Assembly: GCA_951406725.2 (NCBI GenBank)
Contig: OX597828.1
Span: 52,824,001-52,888,000, forward strand
Origin: Octopus vulgaris
Taxonomy: Eukaryota
Direction: 5' to 3'
Length of the DNA: 64,000 nucleotides
Shown: positions 28,731 through 42,202 of the stretch, one piece after another
How positions within the stretch are numbered: position 1 is the first letter of the stretch
Layout of the letters: the number at the start of each line of letters is the position of its first letter
Translations under genes and position numbers: made by a program
The notes under the pieces: generated by a model
Told to the model about the DNA's origin: nothing
Database searches by the model: none
Seen by the model: the letters and a program-made list of their open reading frames with translations, nothing else

Positions 28731-28907
28731 TGCTTCTATCCACAAGTGATGCCTGTGCTATTATGTACGTGTATGTGAGCATGCGTATGTATGTGTGTAC
28801 ATACATAGATGTGTATGTATATATGCATACATAAATGTGTAAGTACGTATATAATATACATGTACTCGTATATACACATCGACTTACTTGCAGATAGACA
28901 TAGATAT

Positions 28908-29187
28908 TTGTTGTTGTTTGTTCCTTCTCCAGCCACGTCTGGCTCATAAGGGCCGGTTTCCTTGGCGTATAGGTTCCCCACCAGATGAGCTGCAAGATGC
29001 AGGAGGAAAGAATGAGAGAAAGATGTGGCGAAAGAGTCAGCAGAAGTTTCGCCATTTCCTTCTGCCGAAGCCGCGTGGAGCTTAGGTGTTTCGGTCATAA
29101 ACACACCCATCGCCCGATCTGAGATTCGAACCCGCGATCCCTCGACTGCAAGTCCGCTGCTCTAACCACTAGGCCATGTGCCTCCAC
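28908..29187 (-). mobile_element. SINE family B-related, tail variant 3
   Basis: tRNA head; (AAC)n tail; TSD AGACATAGATAT at 28896-28907 and 29189-29200. Confidence 0.85.
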
Positions 29188-29414
29188 CAGACATAGATAT
29201 AGTTTGGCTTAATTATGAAATATGCGGATATACTTTTTCATTAGGTGTATACGCATAAGTACATGCCTGCATACCCTCGTATATAGACGCACAAAAGTTT
29301 CCTAGCAGGTTGATTAAACAAGACTCATTTGGGTAATCCCTAATTGGTATCGTCATTCACCTAATTCTCAATTAAAGTCACCAGCAAGCAAGAATTCATA
29401 GAATTGTGCTGTTA

Positions 29415-29459
<45 letters not shown>

Positions 29460-29659
29460 CTCTCTCTCTATCTTTGTCTGTATCTACCTATCTATCTATC
29501 TCCCTCCTCTACTACTACTAATTCAACGGCCCCTATTCGTCTATACTTGCAATATGCATGCCATGCTACCATTCAAGCAAAGCTGAAGCATTCGTTCCCC
29601 CTATTTTCGTCACCCTTAATGTATCTCACCCTAGAAGATCCTTCGCAATGAAGTTTTTA

Positions 29660-29879
29660 CCCTTTCATTACTGTATCTATTTTGAGATGCTCTCTGTTTC
29701 TTTCAATTACTTAGAATATTACAAAGAATTTAGTAAAATAACTTAGTTATCATTCAGCCAGTGTTAGGAACATGAATTGTGACTATGGTTTGGTGGATGA
29801 TTTTAATTCAAAACTTATGTAAACAAGACATTTGTACTTAAAGCCAGAGCCGGTTTCAGCCGGGTTAGTAATGAAAGGG
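29660..29879. mobile_element. piggyBac-type MITE
   Basis: TIRs CCCTTTCATTACT / AGTAATGAAAGGG; right flank TTAA, left flank TTTA. Confidence 0.85.
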
Positions 29880-30110
29880 TTAACGAATCATTTCATCTAA
29901 AAACAATTCAGCATGCTAGAATCTGCCCATCTTTTTCTGGCGTTTTACTTTGTGAACAATGAAATCTCTACATGGCTTCTTGATTATACTAGACGTAGCA
30001 ACCTAATCACCACCAAATTACACTCTACTGTTTTAGAATTATTGATAGATATGGTAAGACAACAAAAGAATTAAAGTGACCTCGATATTATGTAAATAGA
30101 GGAATTTATC

Positions 30111-30207
30111 TGTAAATATAATATGTGACAATTATTCTGTAGCCATGATAAAACACCGAGTTTCGGAGTTTTATCATGGCTACCGAATAATTGTCACATA
30201 TTATATT

Positions 30208-30211
<4 letters not shown>
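30111..30211. repeat. Near-perfect hairpin, 49-bp arms, 3-nt loop, abutting (TA)n
   Basis: 30111-30159 is the reverse complement of 30163-30211 with two mismatches. Confidence 0.92.
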
Positions 30212-30249
<38 letters not shown>

Positions 30250-30252
<3 letters not shown>

Positions 30253-30416
30253 GACGGACTCCTTTCAGTTTCCTCAACCAAATAAATCCACTTACAAGGA
30301 TTTGGTCGACCCGAAGCTATAGTAGAAAATATTTGCTCAATGTGCCATGCAGTGGGACTGAAACCGGAACCATGTGGATGGTAACTAAGCTACTTACCAC
30401 TCAGCCACTCCTGCAC
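30250..30416 (-). mobile_element. SINE family C, 5' half
   Basis: Reverse complement of the family C head. Confidence 0.8.
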
Positions 30417-31002
30417 CTAGGTGTTTAAAATAAGTGTATGTGTAAGTTTGAGTGTATGTGGAGTGTACACGTATACCTGTGTGGTTATTACATTGTGCTT
30501 ATGTACGCATGCGTGAGAATATGCGCAAATCATTTTAACCCAAGGTTTGTTTTTAGAGAATATAAACTTATGATTGAAGACATTCCAATCTTGACCACCC
30601 ACCTCTTATATTCTCTCTAAACTACATTGTGCAAAGTGGCCTTCCTTTTATTATTTCTTTTCTTAACAAGAAGGGTGTGGTTTGAAATACAATTGGGATC
30701 TATATTTAGCAAGTCGATTGGCCATGTTGAGACATCATCGCTTGTTTAGCATGTACATGTGTGTGTATGCGTGTGTATGTGTGTGTATGTGTGTGTGTTT
30801 GTGCGTTTATGTATGCATATTAATGTGCCTGACTAAGTATGAGTGCATGCGTATGTGGATATTTGTGTGTCTGTACGAGAGATACATTATGCATGTGTAT
30901 AAATATGATTGTGTTTGTATAAATGTCTATGCATACGTCCATTCATACATACATACAAATATGCATGTATGAACATATACATCCATATATATATATATAT
31001 AT

Positions 31003-31229
31003 TTCTTTATTGCCCACAAGGGGCTAAACATAGAGGGGACAAAGAAGGAGAGACAAACGGATTAAGTCGTTTACATCGACTCCAGTGCGTAATTAGTACT
31101 TAATTTATCGACCCCGAAAGGATGAAAGGCAAAGTCGACCTCGGCGGAATTTGAACTCAGAACGTAACGGCAGACGAAATACCGCTAAGCATTTCGCCCG
31201 GCGTGTTAACGTTTCTGCCAGCTCGCCTT
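31003..31229 (-). mobile_element. SINE family A, tail variant 2, full length
   Basis: Near-identical to 37178-37408 and 61031-61263. Confidence 0.9.
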
Positions 31230-31284
31230 GTATCTCTGTGTGTATGTATACATATATATGCATATAGATATGTATATATGTATA

Positions 31285-31337
<53 letters not shown>

Positions 31338-31554
31338 GGATGTATGTATTTGTGTAGCTGTGTGCATGTTTGTACGAAAGCATATGTGATGTAAAAGTGA
31401 ATATATAATGTGTGCGTTTGTGAGTGTACTCGCGCGCGCGCGAAATTGTGTATACGGACAGCTGTTGAACGTCTGTCTCTATTTAAAGACTTTATACACA
31501 CTGATCTCTAAACTTCCTCCCAATTCACCTGTCTCCTTTAATCACTTTCCGATG

Positions 31555-31622
<68 letters not shown>

Positions 31623-31819
31623 CGTGTGTGTGTGTACGTGTGCGTTTGTACAACACATGCATACATACACATAGCTTACACACGGGTAAATGTGAAGACA
31701 TACACCTACATAAGAAAGCTTACACAAACACAAATATACGTACACACGCGTATAGATACATGTGTGTGAGACAGTGTATGCGTATACATGTGGCTGTATG
31801 TATGCGCATGTATATATAC

Positions 31820-31860
<41 letters not shown>

Positions 31861-31951
31861 GTTCGTCGTATTTGCTTGTCATCTCTTCACTAACCCACAC
31901 GCATGCATAATTACATATAAATGTGTTTCTATTTATATTTATATATGTGTG

Positions 31952-32024
<73 letters not shown>

Positions 32025-32174
32025 TCTATTCTGCTCTGTGGTTTTCTTTCTGTCACACAACTCACTCTCACTCTCTCGCTCTCTGTCTTTCCTTATCTGG
32101 GTCTTTCTCTCTCTCTCTCTCTTTCTCTCCTCCTCTCTCTCTCCCTATATGTCTTGTCTGTCTGTCTGTTTGCA

Positions 32175-32216
<42 letters not shown>

Positions 32217-32293
32217 GCTATTTAATTTCCTTCTTCCTCTTCCACTTCTTTCTCCTCCTCCTCCTTCTCCTCCTCCTCCTCCTCCTCCTCCTC

Positions 32294-32324
<31 letters not shown>

Positions 32325-32337
32325 TACCACCACCACC

Positions 32338-32377
<40 letters not shown>

Positions 32378-33124
32378 GTCTTTACATATATCTATAACTG
32401 TAATTTTGCACAACTTTCTTATTTTTGTTGTTGTTGTTTTTCTTGTTGTTTATCACCTAGTCATCCTTGTAATAAGCAGTTTAGCCCTCTGCCGGCCCTG
32501 AGCAATCGGTTCTATGGTTGATTAAGGCCATTTGGACCGTGACTTTCATATTTCTCTTCCTGTATGTTTATGTTCAATGTTCTTTAAATCATTTTCATAT
32601 CTTTGTTTCTTTTCTTTTCTTTTTTTTTTTGTTTTGGTAATACTGTCGGGTGTGGCTTGGTGATGATTCAGTTGCTATTTCTAGCGTCATCTAAAAACCA
32701 TATAGAGATCCCATCTGCTCAAAGATATTCTCCAGACTGTTTTATGCTATGTGAGTTTCATTAGGACAACAAGATACGACTCAAAAGAAATTTAGCTTCC
32801 ATTTCTAGCACGTCATGTCGGGCAAATACATTCATTTCTTGAGAGTTGATCGTCTCTTAGAAGAATAAAATAGATTATTGGGGAGTCTAATATCCATTTA
32901 AGATCAAAGAAATCATATTGATGCCAACATATTGTACGAGGAGTGGTGTCCTTTTATCCCCCATGTTCTAGAGAGGCCACTCGCTAGAGAGGCTAACAGG
33001 TTTTGGGAGTTGATGACGCACCGTAAAGCTAAGCACATTGTGGACGTGAAACCCAGGGTAATCCCATAAACTTTCCTTGTGTAACTTTATTTATATTATA
33101 TATATATATATATATACTAAATTT

Positions 33125-33382
33125 GTGTGTGTCTTTGTGTCTGTCTTTTTCACCTCAACCCCACTGGACAACCAGGGTTGGCGTATTTACGTCCCATAAC
33201 TTAGTGGTTTGGCAAATGTGACAGGTAGAATAAGTACTAGGCTTCAAAACAGTCTTGGGGTCGATTTGGTCGGCCCGAGGCTATAGTAGAAGACACTTGC
33301 CCAAGGTGCCATGCAGTGGGACTGAACCCGGAGCCATGTGGTTGGTAAGCAAGCTACTTACCATACAGCCACTCCTACGCCT
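33125..33382. mobile_element. SINE family C pieces: 3' half (+) fused to an inverted 5' half (-)
   Basis: Junction near 33265 at GGGGTCGAT-TTGGTCGGCCCG. Confidence 0.75.
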
Positions 33383-33623
33383 ATACACACACACATATGC
33401 CCAAGGACGCATTCTAGCTGGATATGCCTGTATGTGCTTGCACTGTTTAGTGCATCAATTCACCAAGAGATGAGATTCCCTCTCAACCTAAATAACGCAG
33501 TATGTTGTGATCTAACACAACATCCACGTTGAGTTGCAGGTACAGATTGCTTTTTGGTATTAATGCTGCTTCTGTCATTTATCATTGTGTGTGTGTGTCT
33601 GTGTGTGTTGTCGCACTTACGTA

Positions 33624-34187
33624 TTGGGTTGTCCTGAAAGTTCATGCCGGTTTGTAAAGGAAAGAAAAAGGTTAATAAATACTTGCCATTACATTTTTAA
33701 TCAACCAAATATGAACCATTTTGTTACACAATGCGTCTCCATGTTTCCTTTAACTTGAAAATACCCTCAAAACTAGAATTGAGGTGGTTTCATGGCAAAG
33801 AATTCACCAAGGTATCTTTTTACGTCATCCAAGGAATTGAAATTTTTACTATTAAGACTATTCCGCAGAGACCTGAATACGTGGAAATCAGAAGGAGCAA
33901 TATCTGGTGAATATGGAGGGTGGAGTAACACATCCCAGCCGAGCTGCGGCAATTTTTACCTGGTTCCCAAAGCATCAAGTGCCGAAAATGAACTTTCTTA
34001 TCTTCCATTTTAAAGGGTTACAGAATTAACACAGGTTAACACATAAACCTTCTTCCACGAAAAGATAGCTTAAACTGTGCTCTAAATGGAGGTGTAGTCA
34101 AATCCTATTTTATGGACTCAACCATGTTCTAAAATAAGTCGAAAGGTAAGCTACTATAAATCGGCACGAACTTTCCGGATAACCCAA
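33624..34187 (-). mobile_element. Internally deleted mariner, same family as 1159-1653
   Basis: Same TIRs with TA flanks; MEDKKVHFRHLML fused to LGWDVLLHPPYSPDIAPSDFHVFRSLRNSLN. Confidence 0.92.
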
Positions 34188-34585
34188 TAATTTAGTATGC
34201 TGTACAACATCGAATAGCAGAGATTTTTCTTACAGTTAATACAGTACACATGCACAATTCTCCTCTAAATAAATTTACCAAATTGTGCTGATAAAGAATT
34301 GGATAACCCGGATGATTTTTTGGCATAAAGCACTTACTTAAAGAGTGGCGCAGAGGCGCATAGGTGAGATACGATCTCGGGACCTAACTCATAAGACCAT
34401 GTCTATAATCTTCGAACTTTCTGGAATCCTTCTCGTTGTTTAGAGCGACGGCCATACGTACGTTCGAGTAAATACATATGTTTAAATAACTGGCGAGTCA
34501 CATTTTAGTGGCGGAAAACAGACGTTTTGGCACGTGTCATTTCCGTGGGACCTCAGCAGGTTTCGAACCTACGAAGAAAAGGGAA

Positions 34586-34706
34586 AAGAAGAAGAAGAAG
34601 AAGAAGAAGAAGAAGAAGAAGAAGAAGAAGAAGAAGAAGAAGAAGAAGAAGAAGAAGAAGAAGAAGAAGAAGAAGAAGAAGAAGAAGAAGAAGAAGAAGA
34701 AGAAGA
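34586..34706. repeat. Pure (GAA)n, ~40 units
   Basis: Directly visible. Confidence 0.97.
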
Positions 34707-35277
34707 TTCAAAGTTGTTAAATTAGATGGAGTGGTTCGGAAAAGAGGGGCAGGGTGAGGAACTTAAAAGTTACTTAAAGAGACTAAGGGGCTCCACGTTG
34801 TTGAATTTGGTTTTGCCTATCTCTACGAGCATGTGTATGTATGTGTGTGTGTATGCATGTATGTGTGTATGTTTATGGATTCGTGCCTTTCTCTTTGATA
34901 ATGGACGTATTTTTTTTCTATTTTTGCTTTGCTATGTGTGTACGTGCGTCTACCGAGTAATGGAAACGGTTAGAGAAAGAGATAGGGAGAGAGGGAGAGA
35001 AAGAGAGAAAGAGATGATTGCTGTGGGATTAACAGGCGTCAGTAAGATTTCCCTGGATTTCTAAAACACCACACATATCCATGCACGTGTACACCCACAC
35101 ACACATACATGCACTTTTCATAATGTTTTTATTGAAGACCCGTGCTCTCAAGCATATAGTTACATATGTATATACGTTAAAGCGAAAATGCCCGACCTAA
35201 AATCCCTCTAAGAGATCAACGCAGTAGTTGTACTAACAAGTAATATTCGTAACCATTTCAACATGGCTGTCTGTTCG

Positions 35278-35487
35278 GGCGGACTTTGTTGCGATTTTTT
35301 AACCCCAATAGGACATCTCCTCTAACTGGATAACGATACACAGCTGCGTCCGAGGTGTTGCGAGCAGGGGAGAGAACCCCTACCAACTTCTAGTGACGGG
35401 AACAGCAGACCAGCCTAGTTTCGGACTTTTTCTGCCTCTCTTCAGTACTGGACAACCCGTCCGCTAGAGATGGCAGTAGCTCGCAAT
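35278..35487 (-). mobile_element. Retrozyme-like small structured element
   Basis: Contains a hammerhead nested in complementary blocks TTGCGAGC/GCTCGCAA, TCTAG/CTAGA and GACGGG/CCCGTC. Confidence 0.6.
35403..35450 (-). ncRNA. Type I hammerhead ribozyme candidate with canonical core
   Basis: CAGTA-CTGAAGA-GAGGC-AGAAAAA-GTCC-GAAA-C-TAGGCTG-GTC-TGCTG; stem I CAGUA/UGCUG; GUC cleavage triplet. Confidence 0.8.
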
Positions 35488-35952
35488 ATATATCATTTCA
35501 AGCGACATACCGCCGCTGATTTTGCAACGAGCAAAACTGCTTGTTCTGAAATCTAAGAGATTAACGTAGCAGCTCTACAACAAGTAATGTTCGTAGCCAC
35601 ATTATCATGGCTGAGATTTGCATGATTATTCTATATTCACTTGATTGACGAGGGAATCCCTCATATGTGTTTGACTACATCTGTGAGTGTGCGTGCGTGC
35701 GTGTGTGTGTATGTATTTTGTGCTTGTATATGCATGCTACAAAACTATAACCTGTAAATTCCCTGAACACTTCCAACTTCAATCGGAAATGGAATCCCAA
35801 TGGAGGACGACCCCATATCAATGAGAAAGCAAAAGAAAAAAAAAATCACAACAGGGAACATAAACAAATAAACAAATGCAACAAGCGTATACATCCCATT
35901 CATAGCTGCTTAACTGTTAATTTCATTATTCGTGAGCGTGAGAGTGTGTATA

Positions 35953-36164
35953 CGAGGGTGCTAAAATGTCCCTGGCTTTAGATTAAAGAAAATACAGGAG
36001 GATCATTTATGATTTTATTCGACATATTCTTGTCTAGAATTCACATACTTATTGCAGCTGTCCTTCAGTTTTTCTAAGCCCCCATAAAAGAATTCGGAAG
36101 GTTGGGCCTCCAGCCAGGCTATTCGTGATACCTTTAAAGCCAGGAACTTTTCAACATCCCTTCG
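35953..36164. mobile_element. Mariner-type MITE
   Basis: TA-flanked imperfect TIRs CGAGGGTGCTAAAATGTCCCTGGCTTTA / TAAAGCCAGGAACTTTTCAACATCCCTTCG. Confidence 0.8.
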
Positions 36165-36584
36165 TATATATAAGGTTCAAAGACAATGGGTGGAGCCGTG
36201 CAGTTGCCGACTGTTATCCCGGAGATCGGAAAAAATTGCTCAGAAGGCCTCCTCGATGATGAGAAAATTTGGTTAAACGATTTCGGCCGAAATGGAAAAG
36301 AATGGCGCAATCAAGAAATAATTAGAAGCGCATTATGACCAGCGCTGTAGATCAACATCATTGAGGAGCACTTTATTATGTTAAGTTGTTTTGCATTACG
36401 TTCTCTGTAACTCAATGCAATGAAGTGTTCCTTGATGACCCGTTCTGGTTAAGCATTGAAATGCACATGGGACATTAATGCAGGTTTCTAAGCAACCTTA
36501 ATGGTGAAACGTACGAAGAAACTGATAGTATAAACTCGTGTTGATCATAAATTCTCCTATAATGTGTGTTTATGTATATAGAAT

Positions 36585-37056
36585 AAGGATGAAGGCACAG
36601 TCGATGGAATTTGAACTCAGAACGTAAAGTCGGGCGAAACACTTATTTCTTTATTACCCACAAGGGGCTAAACACAAAGAGAACAAACAAGGACCGACAA
36701 ACGGATTAAGTCGATTATATCGACCCCAGTGCGTAATTGGTACTTATTTAATCGACCCCGAAAGGATGAAAGGCAAAGTCGCCTTCGGCGGAATTTGAAC
36801 TCTGAACGTAACAACAGACGAAGTACCTATTTCCTTACTACCCACAAGGGGCTAAACACAAAGAGGACAAACAAGGACCGACAAACGGATTAAGTCGATT
36901 ACATCGACCCCAGTGCGTAATTGGTACTTATTTAATCGACCCCGAAAGGATGAAAGGCAAAGTTGACCTCGGCGGAATTTGAACTCAGAGCGTAGCGGCA
37001 GACGAAATACCACTAAGCATTTCGCTCGGCGTGCTAACGATTCAGCCAGCTCACCG
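36585..37056 (-). mobile_element. Head-to-tail array of SINE family A (one head, two tail-2 bodies, one partial body)
   Basis: Units 36828-37056, 36644-36827 and 36585-36642. Confidence 0.88.
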
Positions 37057-37064
37057 TTTTCACG

Positions 37065-37125
<61 letters not shown>

Positions 37126-37177
37126 TAATAATAATAATAATAATAATAACAACAACAACAATGTATATTATTATTTA

Positions 37178-37408
37178 ATTCTTTATTGCCCACAAGGAGC
37201 TAAACATAGAGGGGACAAAGAAGGATAGACAAATGGATTAAGTCGATTATATCGACCCCAGTGCGTAACTGGTACTTATTTAATCGACCCCGAAAGGATG
37301 AAAGGCAAGCTCGACCTCGGCGGAATTTGAACTCAGAACGTAGCGGCAGACGAAATACCGCTAAGCATTTCGCCCGGCGTGCTAACGTTTCTGCCAGCTC
37401 GCCGCCTT
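37178..37408 (-). mobile_element. SINE family A, tail variant 2, full length
   Basis: Near-consensus copy embedded in (AAT)n. Confidence 0.9.
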
Positions 37409-37414
37409 AATAAC

Positions 37415-37482
<68 letters not shown>

Positions 37483-37484
37483 GT

Positions 37485-37546
<62 letters not shown>

Positions 37547-38327
37547 GTAGTCGTTGTCGTTACGTTTGATTCAACATCAGTGTCATAGTTGTCACTTCAC
37601 ATCTTTCTAATCTAATCATTTGAGACATAAAACATTTAAAACATTTAATTTTCCATTTCTTTTTTTTTTTTTTTTGGGTCTCTTTTGTTTTAACAAAATG
37701 TTTGAACCGACCACTTTATGGAACTGCTTAATTCTTCCATTTACCCTTCCACACATACATTCACGCATACACTCGTATACACACTCTTAAACAAAACATC
37801 TGCACACACACATAAAGCACTTACACGAAGGCACAGGACATAAAAGAGAAACACACCACATACACCAGCCATTATTCTCACTTTTCTCCTAAAGCCACCA
37901 AGTTCCCTGACTAACCGTTACCATTTGTGACATCCCCACCCGTCATCCCCTTGTATTCTATGAAAGAAGTGAAAATAAAAGTAAAGAACCCCTTGTAATT
38001 TCTACATCTTCAAATGCACTCTATGACTCTATAAAACATTTGATGCCAATTAATGGAAGGATAGCCCCCAAAACAGGAGCTGTACATCCCTTTAAATAGG
38101 AATGCCACTTCAATTAAAAGTTGATGTCATAGGAAAGAGGGATTATTGAGCAAGAGATTCCACCACAGATACTTCCGTAACCTCCTTCTACATTAACCAA
38201 TGAAGGTGTCTCTGCGTTGCTGCTCGACCTCCCAGAATTAATAGCCAAATCTCCGTCAAACCACACATAATCATCAACTCAGAAAAATTGGAAACGTGTC
38301 AGAATATTTAGAATGTCAGACAAAACA

Positions 38328-38825
38328 AGCGCAGGTGTGGCTGTTTGGTAACAAGCTTGCTTCCCAATCACATTATCCCGAGTTCAGTCCCACTGTGCGG
38401 CACCTTGGGGAAATGTTTTCTACTATAGCCGCGGACCGACCAAAGCCTAGTGAATGGATTTGATAAACGGAAATTGAAAGAAGCTTGTCTTATATCTACA
38501 TATAATATATATGTGTGTGTATCTGTGTTTGTTTGTTTGTTTGTGTGAGTGTGCGTGTGTGTGTGTGTGTATGTGTGTGTGTATTTGAGTCTATGCGGGC
38601 GTGCACATGTGTGTTTCTCCACCACCATCGCATGATAACCGATGGTGGTGTGTTTACGTCCCCATAACTTAGCGGTTCGGCAAAAGACAACGATAGAATA
38701 AGTTACAGTACTTCAAAACAAATAACTACTGGGGCTAATACATTCGACTAAAACATTCTTCAATGCAGTGCACCAGCTGGGCCACGGTCTAATGAGTGAA
38801 ACAAGTAGAAGATAAAAGATAAAAA
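38328..38825 (+). mobile_element. SINE family C, diverged full-length copy
   Basis: Head, internal GT tract and tail present. Confidence 0.82.
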
Positions 38826-38981
38826 TGCTTTGCGGTATTTCTTCCTGGTCTAGAAACTCCCAGTCCAAGGTCAAATTTGTTTTCTAGTCTTCCGGGAAGA
38901 TAAATTCAAACACCAGCCAAGTACTGAAGCATCGATATATTTTTACTCATATTCCTCCCTAAATTTCAAGCTTTGTCGCTT

Positions 38982-39168
38982 AGGTAAAACGTGTCGTCTG
39001 GTAAAACGTGCCGCCAGGTAAAACGTGTCGTCAGGTAAAACGTGTCGCCAGGTAAAACGTGTCGCCAGGTAAAACGTGTCGCCAGGTAAAACGTGTCGCC
39101 AGGTAAAACGTGTAGCCAGGTAAAACCTGTCGCCAAGTAAAACGTTTCGTCAGGTAAAACGTCGCCAG
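38982..39168. repeat. 17-bp minisatellite AGGTAAAACGTGTCGCC, ~11 units
   Basis: Directly visible tandem array without spacers. Confidence 0.95.
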
Positions 39169-39468
39169 AGGCGAAATATTCAAACCCCAAAGAATTCCTC
39201 TCAACACATGGCTTGATGCTCCCCCACTACTTCTGCTCGCGATCAGAGATGCACATATCGTCAGCCACTAAGGGACATGGTCAACTGGTTAAGATCAAAC
39301 AACTGACAAGCAAATCTGTGATATTGAGCAGAATATTTGCTGTAGGCCATCTTTTATACGAAGACAAAACAATGTACATGGTAACACTTCCAACCAGTTA
39401 AGATCAGAAGCCATGAGAGCCAGTGTCTGGTATTGCATGAGGGCATTTAACTATTATTATTATTATTA

Positions 39469-39538
<70 letters not shown>

Positions 39539-39557
39539 CATTATTATTATTATTATC

Positions 39558-39608
<51 letters not shown>

Positions 39609-39619
39609 GTTATTATCAC

Positions 39620-39670
<51 letters not shown>

Positions 39671-39791
39671 TCAGTGAAGTTACAAAGTGACTCAAAGCTC
39701 AATAGTTTCGTGTAAGGCTCCTATGAAACGAAACTGTTGGCTTTTGAATCACTTTGTCACAGCTGCTGATAAAATATTTTTCACTAATACA

Positions 39792-39824
<33 letters not shown>

Positions 39825-40230
39825 TCAATTAATACACATAATCTCGCATAAAGACAACGTGTGTATACGTAGATACACAAACACGCACGTACACACACAC
39901 ACACTCACACACACAGACACATTTATATTGACATACGTAAGTGTATTGTAGGGATCCTGCTGTATTCTGTTCTATAAATTTGATGTAATCGAACTGAAGG
40001 CAGCCAGTCTTTTTTCCCACCTGCACCCCCCCCCCCCGAGTCTTTCCCCACTTCCTGTCACTATATTTATTTATTTGCTTCTTTTTGTGTCTGCCTCCCA
40101 TTCTTTTCGTTTATTTTTAAAGGATTTTCTTTGAGGGAAAATGTGGGCCCACATGTAGGGGACTGTTTTTTATTAATCGAAAGGGACAGATCGGCGCTTA
40201 AGAAAAATTTAAGCTTCACAAGTCTAAACC

Positions 40231-40288
<58 letters not shown>

Positions 40289-41399
40289 TGATAATATTTT
40301 AAAACTTTTTTCTCATTTTATTGCTTTTCGTTATTTACAAACAGACATTATCCGAGCAATGCCCATTCTCATACAATATACACGGGTTTGAACATACATA
40401 TGTGTTTGTGCGTGTGTGTGTGTGTGTGTGTGTATGTGTCTGTTTGTGTGTGTTTGTGCGTGTGTGTGTGCGTGCGTGTGTATGTACGTGTGTGTGTGTG
40501 TGTACGCATACACACTCATACACAAGTATGCTAACACACATCTAACGCATAGACAGTTACGCTACGCTCTTCGTACCGTACCCAGCACCAGCAATACTAA
40601 TGAGAAAATAAATAGGGAACCCAATACCTCTCCAAAACAACAACAACTATAGCCACAACAACAATTGCAACAGTAACAATAACAACGATAGCCAATGATA
40701 GAAAAGCTACCATTTTTTTTTTTTTTAAGGTTTTTGCAGAAACGTATTTCGTAGACTTAGAAATGTTGTAAAGACACGTAGAATATATTAAAGAATATTT
40801 TGAAATATTCAACAACAACATCAACAATAACAACTACAAAAAGATCTTAAGAATGAGGGCAATAACAAAGTTTGCTGTGGCTCTTCTACTGCTAAGAATT
40901 ACAACAACATCAAAGTAATGGCACCAGTATTAAGCGCTATTAATAAATAAAAAGGCATAAAAGCGGAGTCTTTTAATGTCGAGACACATTTAAGAATGTG
41001 TCGATTCCATGTTTTGATTCAGTCTCGTTGTTGTTTTTGTTTTTTTTTTTCGTTTTTTTCGTTTTTTGTAGTTTCTGCGGTAGTTTTAAACAGACTGTGG
41101 TACAATGTTTTGACTAGTTTTCCCCATCTGATAGGTCAATTCTTTGTTACTGGAGACTGTTTCGTAATTTATTAAGACTTTGAACTGAAAAAACCAGTGG
41201 AGCATCGGACAAACTGCTGTGTTATGTAATTTTGTCGTAGGCAATATGCTTCCCGGATACATGGTTCCGGGTTCGGTCCCACCCAGTGGCCACTTAGTCA
41301 AGTGTCTTCTACTCAAGCTTCAGCCTTGTGAATGGATTTGGAAGACGATAACTGAAAGAAGCCCGTCGTGTATATGTATATATATATATATGTATGTGT

Positions 41400-41725
41400 T
41401 TGCTTTTCATCCTTTAAAGGTCCATTAAATAAGTAACAGTTATGCACTGGGGTCGATATAATCGTCTTAATCTGTTTGTCTGTCCTTGCTTGTCCCCTCT
41501 GTGTATAGCCCCTTGTGGGCAGTAAAGAAATAGGTATTTCGCCTACCGCTACTTTCTGAGTTCAAATTCCGCCGAGGTCGACTTTGTCTTTCATCCTTTC
41601 GGGGTTGATTAAGGATGCAAGGCAAAGTCGACCTCGGCGAAATGTGAACTGAGAACGTAACGGCAGACGAAATACCGCTAAGCATTTCGCCCGGAGTGCT
41701 AACAATTCTGCCAGCTCGCCGCCCC
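41400..41725. mobile_element. SINE family A composite: tail-2 copy (+), second body (+) and inverted head (-)
   Basis: 41533-41600 is complementary to 41612-41677. Confidence 0.8.
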
Positions 41726-41804
41726 TTATGTACACAGACTAAGGTATCGCTAACTACCTTCGCCACATCATGCTCTTTGAGATGTGATCATTTCCGTGTA
41801 AGTT

Positions 41805-42202
41805 ACTTGTTTCAGCATTTGACTGTCGCCATGTTGGAGCACCGCGTTTAGTCGAGCAAATCGACCCCCAGGACTTATTCTTTGGAAGCCTAGTACTTAC
41901 TCTATCGGTCTCTTTTGCCGAACCGCTAAGTTACGGGGACGTAACACACCAGCATCGGTTGTCAAACGTTGTTGGAGGTATAAAACACAGACACATAAAC
42001 ATATACACACACATACATATATACATATACATAAATACGACGGGCTTCTTTCAGTTTCCGTCTACCAAATCCACTCACAAGGTTTTGGTCGGCCCGAGAC
42101 TATAGCAGAAGACACTTGCCCAAGGTGCCACGCAGCGGGACTAAACCCGGAACCATGTAGTTTGTAAGCAAGCTACTTACCACACAGCCATTCCTACGCC
42201 TG
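41805..42202 (-). mobile_element. SINE family C, full length
   Basis: Reverse complement of the 47695-48095 type. Confidence 0.88.

Noticed and set aside
37408-37547. (AAT)n-(ATT)n foldback
   Set aside because: Self-complementarity is a trivial result of two opposed microsatellites
38982-39168. CRISPR-like array
   Set aside because: Units are contiguous with no unique spacers, there are no cas genes, and the context is eukaryotic
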